Below are positions 12,402-21,330 of a stretch of DNA of 32,000 nucleotides, piece after piece. How positions within the stretch are numbered: the stretch's first letter is position 1; the number at the start of each line of letters is the position of its first letter. Both the position numbers and the translations under genes were made by a program. Origin of the DNA: Lacticaseibacillus parakribbianus (GTDB taxonomy: Bacteria; Bacillota; Bacilli; Lactobacillales; Lactobacillaceae); the NCBI RefSeq assembly GCF_025490915.1, contig NZ_JANQBA010000004.1, positions 147,536-179,535 of the forward strand. Reading direction: 5' to 3'. The notes under the pieces were generated by a model. It worked only from the letters and a program-made list of their open reading frames with translations. It searched no databases and was not told where the DNA came from.

Positions 12402-13286
12402 TCACGCCGCGGTCATCTTCTTGTAGAGCCGGTTGCCCAGGGTCCGGGCCAACACGTTGAACAACAAGACGGCGATGATCAACACGGCCGAAGCCCCGGC
12501 CGACACCGCGGCGGCGTCGGGCTGAATGCCCTCCGAGTTGATCTTCCAGATGTGAACCGCCAGCGTTTCGGCCGGCCGCAACGGGTTCAGGGGGCTGGCG
12601 ATGTTCAGCGGGTTCCAGTTGCTAAAGTCCAGCGCCGGGGCACTTTGGCCGGCGGTGTAGATCAACGCCGCCGCCTCGCCGAATACGCGCCCGGCCCCGA
12701 GGATCATCCCGGTCAAAATGCCGGGCAACGCCTCGGGAATGATCACGTGAATCACCGTTTCCCAGCGCGACAGGCCCAGGGCCAGCCCGGCCTCGCGCTG
12801 CGTAAAGCTGACCTGGCGCAACGAGTCCTCGACGTTGCGGGTCAACAGCGGCAGGTTGAACATGGTCAGGGCCAGCGCCCCGGAGATGATCGAGAAGCCG
12901 AAGTGAAACTGCAAGACGAAGACCAGGAAGCCGAAGAGCCCGACGACCACCGACGGCAGGGAGCTCAGAATCTCGATGGCGGTGCGAATCACGTCGGTCA
13001 GCCAGCTTTTCTTGGCGTACTCGGCGAGGTAAATCCCGGCGCCAAGCGCCAGCGGCACGGCGATCACCATCGACAAAAGCAGCAGGTAAAAGGAGTTGAA
13101 CAGCTGAATGCCAATCCCGCCGCCGGCCTCGAAGGCCTTGGCCGGGCTGGTCAAAAAGTGCCAGGAGACGTGCGGCAGCCCCTGCCACAGGATGTACCCC
13201 AGCAGGCTGGCCAGAATCACCACGATCACGCCGGCAATGGTGTAAAGCGTGGCGGTGGCGAACTTGTCGACTTTCTTGGGATCCAT
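12402..13286 (-). CDS. pstA: phosphate ABC transporter permease PstA
   Basis: Start chosen at ATG 13286 (MDPKKVDKFAT), which overlaps the pstC stop (TGATG). The ORF-track extension to 13373 overlaps pstC. Multi-TM permease. Confidence 0.9.
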   Translation of the reverse strand: MDPKKVDKFATATLYTIAGVIVVILASLLGYILWQGLPHVSWHFLTSPAKAFEAGGGIGIQLFNSFYLLLLSMVIAVPLALGAGIYLAEYAKKSWLTDVIRTAIEILSSLPSVVVGLFGFLVFVLQFHFGFSIISGALALTMFNLPLLTRNVEDSLRQVSFTQREAGLALGLSRWETVIHVIIPEALPGILTGMILGAGRVFGEAAALIYTAGQSAPALDFSNWNPLNIASPLNPLRPAETLAVHIWKINSEGIQPDAAAVSAGASAVLIIAVLLFNVLARTLGNRLYKKMTAA

Positions 13287-14206
13287 CACTTCATCTCCCC
13301 CTTCTTGCCGATCCAGCGAATCAGCAGGTTGAACGCCAAGGACATCAGGAGCAAGAGCAGCGCCAGGGACCACAGCGCGTTGTTCTCAAGCGAGCCCATC
13401 ACGGTGTTGCCGATGCCCGAGGTCAACACCGAGGTCAACGTCGCCGCCGGGCTGATCAGGTTGGTCGGCAAAAGCGCGGCGTTGCCGATCACCATCTGCA
13501 CGGCCAGCGCCTCGCCGAACGCCCGGGCCATCCCGAACACGATGCCGGTCAAGATGCCTGGCATCCCGGCGCGGATCACCACGCGCGAAATCGTCTGCCA
13601 GCGGGTGCCCCCAAGCGCCAGGCTGGCCTCGCGGTAGTGGCGCGGCACGGCCTTCAAGGCGTCGACGGTCATCGAGGTGACCGTCGGCAGAATCATGACG
13701 AACAACACGAAGGTCCCGGCCAGGATGCCAAAGCCCGTGCCGCCTAAGACGTGGCGAATGAACGGCACGACCACGGACAGGCCGATGAACCCGTAGACCA
13801 CGCTGGGAATGCCGACCAACAGTTCGATGACCGGCTGCAGCACCTTTTTACCCAGGGTCGGCGAGATCTCGGTCATGAAAATCGCGGCGCCAACCGCAAA
13901 GGGCGTGGCCACCACGGCCGAAAGCAGCGTCACCCCGAACGACCCGACGATCATCGGCAGGGCCCCGACCTGGGCGGCGCCATGCGCGTCCTTGACCGCC
14001 GGCGACCAGGTGGTTTTGCTGATGAAGTCCCAGAGGTTGACCCCGTTGGTGAAGAACGTCGCCAGGCCGCGCGAGGCGACGAAGGTGAAGATGGCGACCA
14101 CCACCACCACGATCAGGGTGATGCAAAACAGGCTGATCAGCTTGCCGCGCCGCTCGATTCGCGCCGAGCGTGAGCGGTGAAGCATCGCTTCTTTGATTGG
14201 ATCCAT
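13286..14206 (-). CDS. pstC: phosphate ABC transporter permease PstC
   Basis: 306 aa, multi-TM, with the EAA-type loop YREASLALGGTRWQTISRVV. RBS AGGAGG. Confidence 0.9.
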   Translation of the reverse strand: MDPIKEAMLHRSRSARIERRGKLISLFCITLIVVVVVAIFTFVASRGLATFFTNGVNLWDFISKTTWSPAVKDAHGAAQVGALPMIVGSFGVTLLSAVVATPFAVGAAIFMTEISPTLGKKVLQPVIELLVGIPSVVYGFIGLSVVVPFIRHVLGGTGFGILAGTFVLFVMILPTVTSMTVDALKAVPRHYREASLALGGTRWQTISRVVIRAGMPGILTGIVFGMARAFGEALAVQMVIGNAALLPTNLISPAATLTSVLTSGIGNTVMGSLENNALWSLALLLLLMSLAFNLLIRWIGKKGEMK

Positions 14207-14216
14207 GGGCTTCCTC

Positions 14217-15068
14217 CTAACGCTTGGTGACGTTGCCGTCGGCGTCGCGTTCCACTTGCATCTTCGTCATCGGGATGTAGCCCATTTTGGCCACCAGCCG
14301 CTCCTGGGTCGCAGGCGATTGCACGTAGGCCAAGAAGCGCTTGGTCAGCCCCGTCGGCTGGCCGCGCGTGTACATGTGCTCGTAAGACCAGATCGGCCAG
14401 GCGTTGGTGGTGACGTTCGCATCGGTCGGCTTGACGCCGCTCAAGGCCAGCGGCTGCACGGTCTTGTCGACGTAGGAAAAGGCGACGTAAGACACCGCCC
14501 CCGGGGTGCTGGCGACAATCGACCGCACCATCCCCGTGGAGTCTTGCTCCTGGGCCGCCTTGGGCTGGCGGTCCTGCAACACCCACTTCTCGAACGTCGC
14601 CCGGGTGCCGGAGCCCTGGGCGCGGTTGACCACCACCACCGGCAGGTCGCGACCGCCGACCTGCTTCCAGTTGGTGATCTCGCCGGTGAACAGGCGCCGC
14701 AGCTGGACCACGTTCAGGCTGGTCACCCCCACCTGCTTGTTGACGATTGGCGCGATACCGACGACCGCCACGCGGTGGTCGACCAGCTTAGCCGCGTCGA
14801 TGCCGTCCTTCTCCTGGGCGAACAGGTCGGAGTTCCCGATTTCTACTGCGCCCTGCTGAATCTGCGACAGACCAGTGCCGGAGCCGCCGCCCTGGACGTT
14901 GATGAACACGCCGAGGTTGTCGGTTTGGAACTGCGAGGCCGCGGCCTCGACCAGCGGCTGCAGGGCGCTTGACCCCACCGCGGTGATCGATTCCCCGGCG
15001 CTTTGGGCGCCGCACGCGGTCAAAATTGTGAGGCAAAAGGCTGCCAGAATTGCGAGAATTTTCTTCAC
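14217..15068 (-). CDS. pstS: phosphate-binding lipoprotein PstS
   Basis: 283 aa with GTG start and GGAGG RBS. Lipoprotein signal MKKILAILAAFCLTILTAC. PBP-like motifs (GSSALQPL, GGGSGTG). Confidence 0.9.
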   Translation of the reverse strand: MKKILAILAAFCLTILTACGAQSAGESITAVGSSALQPLVEAAASQFQTDNLGVFINVQGGGSGTGLSQIQQGAVEIGNSDLFAQEKDGIDAAKLVDHRVAVVGIAPIVNKQVGVTSLNVVQLRRLFTGEITNWKQVGGRDLPVVVVNRAQGSGTRATFEKWVLQDRQPKAAQEQDSTGMVRSIVASTPGAVSYVAFSYVDKTVQPLALSGVKPTDANVTTNAWPIWSYEHMYTRGQPTGLTKRFLAYVQSPATQERLVAKMGYIPMTKMQVERDADGNVTKR

Positions 15069-15113
15069 GTTGGACCCTCCGAATTCGTAACTCTAACCAG
15101 TTTAGCAACCCAA

Positions 15114-15152
15114 TGTAAAAATCCCACCCGGCAATTGTAAAAATCATGTAAA
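15114..15152 (-). promoter_or_regulatory. Pho-box-like TTTACA direct repeats upstream of pstS
   Basis: Minus-strand TTTACA at 15152..15147, 15141..15136 and 15119..15114, with periods of 11 and 22 bp. The last copy sits 17 nt upstream of a possible -10 (TTAGAGT). This matches the B. subtilis PhoP half-site TT(A/T/C)ACA and its helical phasing. Confidence 0.55.
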
Positions 15153-15340
15153 ATCATTCGGCTTCAGTATACGCCGCCGGTGCCGGTGGCGATACCACGA
15201 GTTGCGCCGGCGGCCGCCGTCACCCGAGGACCACCGAGCCACACCTGGCAGCGCCGGCGAGGACCAACCGTGGCCCGCATTGCCAACCCGCGGCTGTACC
15301 CGATGCGGTGGCGCGGATCGCCGCGGTCGGCGGTGCTAGC

Positions 15341-16982
15341 CTACGCCCCGGCGTTGGGCAGCGTGACGGTGAAGCGCGAGCCGACGCCGACTTGGCTCTT
15401 CAGGTGCAGCTCGCCTTGTAGCTGCTGCACCATTTCATGCACAATGGCCAGCCCCAGGCCCGTGCCGCCGTTGTGGCGGCTGCGGGCCTTGTCGACGCGG
15501 TAGAACCGCTCGAACACCCGGGCTTGGTCTTCCTCACGGATGCCGATGCCGGTGTCGGCCACGGCCAGCTGCCAACCGGTCGCGGCGGCGGCGGCGGTGA
15601 TGGTGATGCTGCCGCCTTCGCGATTGTAAAACACCGCGTTGTTCAGCAGGTTACGCACCACCTGCGACAGCTTGGCCGGGACGGTGGTCACCGTCAGGTC
15701 CGTCGGCACCTCAATGTCGATGCGGAGGTGCTTGGCCGCTACCGGCGCCTGCAGCGGCTGCAAGGCCCGTTGCACCAGGTCCCGCACGTTGACCACCGCG
15801 TTGGCCTGGGCGGCTTCCGGCCGCGACAGCGTCAGGATGTCTTGAATCAGCTGGGTCAGGCGCAGGCTTTCGTCGTGGATAATGGTGAGAAACTGGTCGA
15901 GGGTGGCCGGATCGTTCTTGGCGCCGTCCAGCAGGGTCTCGGTGAACCCGCTGATCGCCGTGACCGGCGTCTTGAGCTCGTGGGAGACGTTGCCGACAAA
16001 ATCCAGCTGCATCTGCTCGACCTGGCGCAGGTAGGAGACGTCGTAGAGAATCACCAGCACCTGCAGCCGATCGGTGCCGGTCAGCGCGATCACGTTGGCA
16101 TCCACCGCCTTTTGGGTGGTCATCAGGGTGACCTCCTGGTGGTGCGACTTGCGGCTGCGGTAGGTGTGTTCGATCAGGCGAGCCAGCGCGTAGGTCTTCA
16201 CGTCGTCCAGGTAGTTGTGCTGGCGCGGCGAGATCTCGTGGCCGACGAACTGCTGCATCGCCGGGTTGGCGAGCAAAACGGCGCGGTCGGTGTCGATCAG
16301 CATCACGCCCTGCGGCAGGTGGTCGATCAGCCGGTCGAAGCTGGCCTGGCGCAGCGCGACCTTCTGGCGCAGATGCGCGGCGGTTTGGTCCAGCCGCTCG
16401 ATTTCGCGGGTCAGCTCGGCAAAGGGCGACCCAGGCGACGCGATGATCGGCTCGACTGGGTGTTCCCTGCGGATGGCGGCGACGTTGTGGGCCATCTGCG
16501 CGACGTGGCCGTGCCAGTAGCGGTTGCGGCGCAGAATCCAGGTCGCCAAGGCGGCGCAGCCGGCGGCGTAAAGCACCACGAAGGCGAGGCCCAGCTGCGG
16601 CGCGACGCCGAACAGCGTGGCCTTTTTCTGCCAGACGCCGACGAAAATGTTATCGCGCCCCCCGACGTAAATCTGCTCCGGTCGGCCGCTCACCAGAAGC
16701 ACCGTGCTTTCGTCGATGATCGTGCGTTTGCGATCCACCAGGTCCTGCAGCAGGTCCTCGCGCTGCGTCTGGGGCTTGCCGGTCAGCCGGGTGATGGTGA
16801 CGTGGTTGTCTTTGGCCAGCCGCACCGCAACGCTTGAGGTGCCGCCGAGATCCGCGTAGGTGCGATACACCGCCTGCAGGTGCGTGCTTTGCTGGGTGTA
16901 AAGCAGGTGATCGACCCCGACGAGCAGTAAGAAAAAGCCTGAGACTGCCGCGATGCATGCCCAGGCGTAGTGCCGAACGAAC

Positions 16983-16990
<8 letters not shown>
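15341..16990 (-). CDS. phoR: phosphate-sensing histidine kinase PhoR
   Basis: Start taken at ATG 16990 (MIKFVRHYAW), overlapping the phoP stop by 8 nt. H-box VSHELKTPVT. HATPase motifs NLLNNAVFY, DTGIGI, GGTGLGLAIV. Confidence 0.9.
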
Positions 16991-17678
<688 letters not shown>

Positions 17679-17687
17679 TGCGTCCTC

Positions 17688-18827
17688 CTAGTCTGCGTCA
17701 GGCGTGGGGTTGGGGTCGAAGGTGACCATGCCCAGCTCGTGCGGGGCGCCGGCAAAAATCGCGGTCTCCGCCAGCTTGATGCGGCCGTCCAGCCGTTGCA
17801 CCTTCAGCCGGCAATACGTCGGATGCGCCTGCAAGGCGGCGTAAAGCTCGGCCGCCGTGGTGACCGGCACCTGATTGGCCAGCAGCACGATGTCGCCGGC
17901 CTCAAGCCCCATTTTGGCCGCCGGCGTGTCGGGCAAAACGGCGACCAGCCGCACCCCGCTGGCCGTGGCCGAGATGTAGGCTGCCCCGCGTCGTGCCGCC
18001 ACGCGCGTTGCCACGGCCAGGCCAAGCGCCAGCACCGCCAAGGCAATCTGCACCCCCAGGCCCAGGTCCTGGTGCCACCAGCCGATGCCGGCCGCAAGCG
18101 CCGCCGCCACCCCACCGATCAGGTAGACCCGGCTGATCGAATCAAGCGCGGTACCGGGCAGCTGCTTGCGAGTGGTCAAGGCCGCCCCAATCACCAGCGG
18201 CAGCCCGATCAAGGCGAAGCGCTGATCCAAAACGGTCAGCTGCGGCCAGTACGGCAGCCGGTTGAACCAGTCGCCGCTCACCGGCAGCACCAACGGCACC
18301 CAGTAGAACTGGCGCCTGGCGTAAGTCGCGACCTGCACCCCACGCCGCGAGCCGCGAACGCTGGGGACGTCGATTGGCGGGTTCAAGAAACGCAAAAGCA
18401 GCCCGTTGCCCAGCCACAGCAGTGCGATAAGCGCCGCCAGCCGCCAGCTCCAGCCGGTACCGCCAGCGTGGAGGGCCGCCACGTTCAGGTAACGCGTCGA
18501 GGCGACCACCACCAGGCCGGCCAGCCCCAGCGACCAGGTGCCAAAGCCCAGCCCGGACAGCAAAAGTCCGGCCACGCACAGCCCAGAAAGCGCCAGTCCC
18601 ACCGCCGGCGGCAGCAAGAGCCCCAGCAAGACGCTGGCGCCGCTGACCACCAGGGCCAGCGCCACGCCGCCGATCAGCCCGGCCCACCAGTTGGTCCAGT
18701 GCCGATCGATGGCCGTCAGGAACACGGCCCGTTCGTGACGCACCCGCCACAACCGCCAAAATAGTGCCACGGCCAGGCCGACCAGCGTGACCGGCCCCAC
18801 CATCGTTATCAGAATCTGCATCGGCAT
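17688..18827 (-). CDS. polytopic membrane protein with C-terminal PDZ domain (MinJ-like position and architecture)
   Basis: 379 aa with multiple TM segments, then the PDZ-like region VLPDTPAAKMGLEAGDIVLLANQVPV. It sits next to ftsEX, as minJ does in Bacillus. It is followed 9 nt later by phoP, so it is probably co-transcribed. Confidence 0.75.
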   Translation of the reverse strand: MPMQILITMVGPVTLVGLAVALFWRLWRVRHERAVFLTAIDRHWTNWWAGLIGGVALALVVSGASVLLGLLLPPAVGLALSGLCVAGLLLSGLGFGTWSLGLAGLVVVASTRYLNVAALHAGGTGWSWRLAALIALLWLGNGLLLRFLNPPIDVPSVRGSRRGVQVATYARRQFYWVPLVLPVSGDWFNRLPYWPQLTVLDQRFALIGLPLVIGAALTTRKQLPGTALDSISRVYLIGGVAAALAAGIGWWHQDLGLGVQIALAVLALGLAVATRVAARRGAAYISATASGVRLVAVLPDTPAAKMGLEAGDIVLLANQVPVTTAAELYAALQAHPTYCRLKVQRLDGRIKLAETAIFAGAPHELGMVTFDPNPTPDAD

Positions 18828-18848
18828 GTACCCTTCCCTTCACAGTGT

Positions 18849-18857
18849 AGTATAGCA
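18849..18857 (-). promoter_or_regulatory. extended -10 promoter (TGCTATACT) for the PDZ-protein/phoPR operon
   Basis: Minus strand TGC-TATACT lies 21 nt upstream of ATG 18827, with AAGGGAAGGG as the RBS in between. Confidence 0.45.
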
Positions 18858-18915
18858 TGGAATACTTTACTGAAAAAATCTGGTAAATTTCTTGTAAAGG
18901 CGGGTTTACATTGAC

Positions 18916-18994
18916 CCAGGGCGAAGTCAGGCGGGGTTAGCGGGACGGCCAGCGTAGGGCTGGTGCTTGGGGCCCGGGCTTGGCCCCGAGTGCC
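18916..18994 (+). repeat. structured direct repeat, copy 1 (~79 nt)
   Basis: ccagggcgaag...ggccagcgtagggctggtgcttggggcccgggcttggccccgagtgcc. It contains the hairpins CCAGC-GTAGG-GCTGG and GGGGCC-CGGGCTT-GGCCCC. Strand assignment is arbitrary. Confidence 0.7.
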
Positions 18995-19039
18995 GGTCCT
19001 AGCAGGCCGCTCCCGCGTTGCCTGGCGTAACCCGACGAT

Positions 19040-19116
19040 CCAGGGCGAAGCGGGGCGTTTAGGCGACCGGCCAGCGTAAGGCTGGTGCTTGGGGCCCGGG
19101 CTTGGCCCCGAGTGCC
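19040..19116 (+). repeat. structured direct repeat, copy 2 (~77 nt)
   Basis: The 48-nt core 19069..19116 matches 18947..18994 with one mismatch, which falls in a hairpin loop. The 5' ccagggcgaag block is also shared. Confidence 0.7.
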
Positions 19117-19180
19117 ACGGGATTGGCGAGCCGAGCCGCGCGGCCAATTTCACGCGGCCGCCACCGCGCGAGCTTAATTG

Positions 19181-19209
19181 TTGACGGCCAAAATGGCAGG
19201 GCTTACACT
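19181..19209 (+). promoter_or_regulatory. near-consensus sigma-A promoter with no protein gene downstream
   Basis: TTGACG (19181..19186), exactly 17 nt of spacer, then TACACT (19204..19209). The predicted TSS is near 19216. Confidence 0.6.
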
Positions 19210-19215
19210 GAATTT

Positions 19216-19629
19216 GGATGATTATTCTACGACAGGGAGGCGGCCAAAGGCCTTGGTCGTTGCGCGTCCACTGCCCCAGGGGGAAAGGCCGGGAGATAAG
19301 CATTCCCAGTACCCCCGCCCATACCAAGCCGAACCTGGCTTTCAACACACGTGTTTTCGCGTTACGGCGCCCCTCGATGGGCCCGAATACCAGGGCGAGC
19401 GCCACCACCCACGCGCAGTCACACTGTCTCTCCTACTCGCTTGCGAGGTAGCTGCGGAGGGGCTCGGCACGTGGCTTGCTCCAAGCGGCCTTGAACGCAG
19501 TACCACTGCGAGGTCAACACCGCAAGATTGCAACGAATCAGCAAAAAATACCGAGGCTGCCGGGGTTCTAGGACTCCCGGTGGCTTCGGCGCGTCCGGCA
19601 CAGGTCAGAACTGGTGCCGGACGTTTTTT
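19216..19629 (+). ncRNA. candidate orphan structured ncRNA (~410 nt), family not recognised
   Basis: Bounded by the promoter above and a plus-strand intrinsic terminator. Dense local helices occur at 19279..19316 (nested), 19326..19341, 19366..19403, 19433..19451, 19474..19486, 19496..19510 and 19551..19589. ORFs in this stretch lack an SD and use rare codons. Confidence 0.5.
19593..19629 (+). terminator. intrinsic terminator, plus strand
   Basis: GTCCGGCAC - 12-nt loop - GTGCCGGAC, then G and TTTTTT (19624..19629). The U tract exists only on the plus strand. Confidence 0.8.
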
Positions 19630-19645
19630 GTCTGCCGTTGGCCGC

Positions 19646-19671
19646 AAAAAAAGACCGCCACGCAGGCGGTC
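19646..19671 (-). terminator. intrinsic terminator after ftsX
   Basis: Minus strand: GACCGCC-TGCGT-GGCGGTC followed by TTTTTTT, 15 nt after the ftsX stop. It is convergent with the plus-strand terminator at 19593..19629. Confidence 0.85.
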
Positions 19672-19686
19672 CAAAGAGCTCAACAA

Positions 19687-20574
19687 TCAGATGCGCAGGA
19701 AGCGGCGCATGGAGACAACCGCACCCAACGCCCCGATCACGATGCCGATCAAGGCGATGCCCAGATCCAGCCAGAATAAGAACGGCAGGGTCGGGAACAG
19801 CGAGAAGCCGTTGGCGGCTACCGAGAAGTTGGCGTTTTTGTACACCAGCCCGTAGCCAAAATCGACCACGAGCATCGGCAAAAGCGATCCGAACAGCCCG
19901 GTCCAGGCCCCTTCCAAGAGGAACGGCCAGCGAATGTAGCTGTTGGTCGCCCCGACCAGGCGCATCACGCGAATCTCGTCTTCACGCGAGAGAATCGTGA
20001 TGCGAATGGTGTTACTGATCAGGAAGACCGCGACGAACAGCAGCAGGATGGTGAAGCCGATGCCCCAGCGCTGAATCGTGTCGACGGTCGAAAACAGCTT
20101 CTTGGCGGTGTTGCCGCCGTATGACGCCTCGGAAACGTGCTTGAGCTTTTCGGCCTTCTTGGCAACGGTGATGGTCTGCGTCGGCTTCTTGGTGTCGACC
20201 AGGAAAATGTTGGTCAGCGGGTTCTGGTCGCCGGAGAACATCTTCCACTGCGAGCCGTACGTGCCGACGATCGAGTTGAGCTCCTGCTTGGAGGAGCGGA
20301 AGGTGATCTTTTCGACCTGCGGCATCGCCTTCAGCTGCTTCTTCAGCGCCGCTTGGTCGGCCTTTTTGGTGCCTTTTTGGATGTAAACCCGCACCCGCAC
20401 GTCGTTTTCGACCTGGCTGGACACGCGGTTGACGTTGGCAATCAGGGCCAGGAAAATCCCGACCAAAAGCAGCGTGACGGTCACCGCGGAAACCGCGGCC
20501 ACCGACATCCAGCCGTTGCGACGCAGGCTTTTGAGGGAGTCTTTGACGTGACGCTTCAATACATTAGGCTTCAT
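19687..20574 (-). CDS. ftsX: cell-division ABC transporter permease-like protein FtsX
   Basis: 295 aa with 4 TM and a large extracellular loop. N-terminus RHVKDSLKSLRRNGWMS, typical of FtsX. It overlaps the ftsE end by 11 nt. Confidence 0.9.
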   Translation of the reverse strand: MKPNVLKRHVKDSLKSLRRNGWMSVAAVSAVTVTLLLVGIFLALIANVNRVSSQVENDVRVRVYIQKGTKKADQAALKKQLKAMPQVEKITFRSSKQELNSIVGTYGSQWKMFSGDQNPLTNIFLVDTKKPTQTITVAKKAEKLKHVSEASYGGNTAKKLFSTVDTIQRWGIGFTILLLFVAVFLISNTIRITILSREDEIRVMRLVGATNSYIRWPFLLEGAWTGLFGSLLPMLVVDFGYGLVYKNANFSVAANGFSLFPTLPFLFWLDLGIALIGIVIGALGAVVSMRRFLRI

Positions 20575-21250
20575 TACCGTAGCTCCCTCCCTGTTCGTCG
20601 CGAATCAGCCGGCCGCCGGCGATTTCCAGCAGACGGTGCGGGTGACCGTTGACGATTTCCCGGTTGTGGGTCGCCATAATCACCGTGGTGCCGTCGCCGT
20701 TGATCCGCTCGAGAATCTCCATGATGCCCTCGGAGGTTTCCGGATCGAGGTTCCCGGTCGGCTCGTCGGCGATCACCACCTGCGGGTCGTTGACGATCGC
20801 CCGGGCGATTGCCACGCGCTGCTGCTCCCCACCGGAGAGCTCGCTTGGGAAGCGCCGGAGCTTTTGCTCAAGCCCGACCAGCTTCAAGACGTGCAGCACC
20901 CGCGGCTTGATCTCGTCGTCGGGGGTCTCGATGACCTCCATCGCGTAAGCGACGTTCTCGTACACCGTCAACCGCGGCAGCAGCTTGAAGTCTTGGAACA
21001 CAACGCCCAGCTCGCGTCGAAACATCGGCACGTCCTTGGGGCCCATCTTGGCGAAATCATGCTTGCCCACCGTGATGGTGCCTTCGCTTGGCGTCAGCTC
21101 GTGGTACAGCATCTTGATGAACGTCGACTTGCCGGCGCCACTTGAGCCGATCAGGTACACGAACTCGCCGGCGTCCACCGTCAGGCTCAGGTCCTTGATC
21201 GCGATGACGCCGTTGTCGTACTGCTTCATCACATTTTTCAATTGAATCAT
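20564..21250 (-). CDS. ftsE: cell-division ATP-binding protein FtsE
   Basis: 228 aa. Walker [10 protein letters not shown], signature [14 protein letters not shown], Walker [12 protein letters not shown]. Confidence 0.95.
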   Translation of the reverse strand: MIQLKNVMKQYDNGVIAIKDLSLTVDAGEFVYLIGSSGAGKSTFIKMLYHELTPSEGTITVGKHDFAKMGPKDVPMFRRELGVVFQDFKLLPRLTVYENVAYAMEVIETPDDEIKPRVLHVLKLVGLEQKLRRFPSELSGGEQQRVAIARAIVNDPQVVIADEPTGNLDPETSEGIMEILERINGDGTTVIMATHNREIVNGHPHRLLEIAGGRLIRDEQGGSYGNEA

Positions 21251-21281
21251 GGATTTCGCTCCTTTTTAAAACTATGGCAAA

Positions 21282-21290
21282 AGTATAGCA
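21282..21290 (-). promoter_or_regulatory. extended -10 promoter (TGCTATACT) for ftsEX
   Basis: Minus strand TGC-TATACT lies in the 80-bp prfB-ftsE spacer, about 30 nt upstream of the AAAAGGAG RBS. Confidence 0.4.
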
Positions 21291-21330
21291 TGTGAATACG
21301 TCAAACCGATAACAGCCTTGTTACAGTTGC

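Noticed and set aside
15164-15343. In-frame 58-codon open extension past the phoR TAG stop (possible read-through or recent nonsense mutation)
   Set aside because: PhoR already ends at the normal point after the HATPase domain. The extension (ASTADRGDPRHRIGY...) has no protein-like features. Open frames of this length are expected by chance in sequence this GC-rich.
18916-19116. The two repeats as a CRISPR array
   Set aside because: There are only two copies. The repeat is about 79 nt long with a divergent 5' part, there is no regular repeat-spacer periodicity, and no cas genes are in the window.
19216-19629. Identity of the candidate RNA as tmRNA, RNase P RNA, SRP RNA or 6S RNA
   Set aside because: tmRNA is excluded: there is no GGGG...TTCGAC 5' end, no tag ORF ending in ALAA-stop, and no canonical T-arm plus CCA 3' end (the hairpin at 19561..19579 has a 9-nt loop, not a T-loop). 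RNase P is excluded: GAGGAAAGTCC and the ACAGAA/GGCTTACAG blocks are absent. The SRP domain IV motif is also absent. The length is wrong for 6S. This was checked by eye only and needs cmscan.
19178-19855. 225-aa plus-strand ORF, and the nested 77-aa ORF 19218..19451, as protein-coding genes in the gap
   Set aside because: Neither has an SD upstream of its start. They are Arg/Pro-rich, low-complexity translations using rare codons (AGG, ATA, CTA, CGA). The 225-aa ORF reads through two intrinsic terminators and then runs antisense to ftsX. The codon-position GC pattern is unlike the real genes here.
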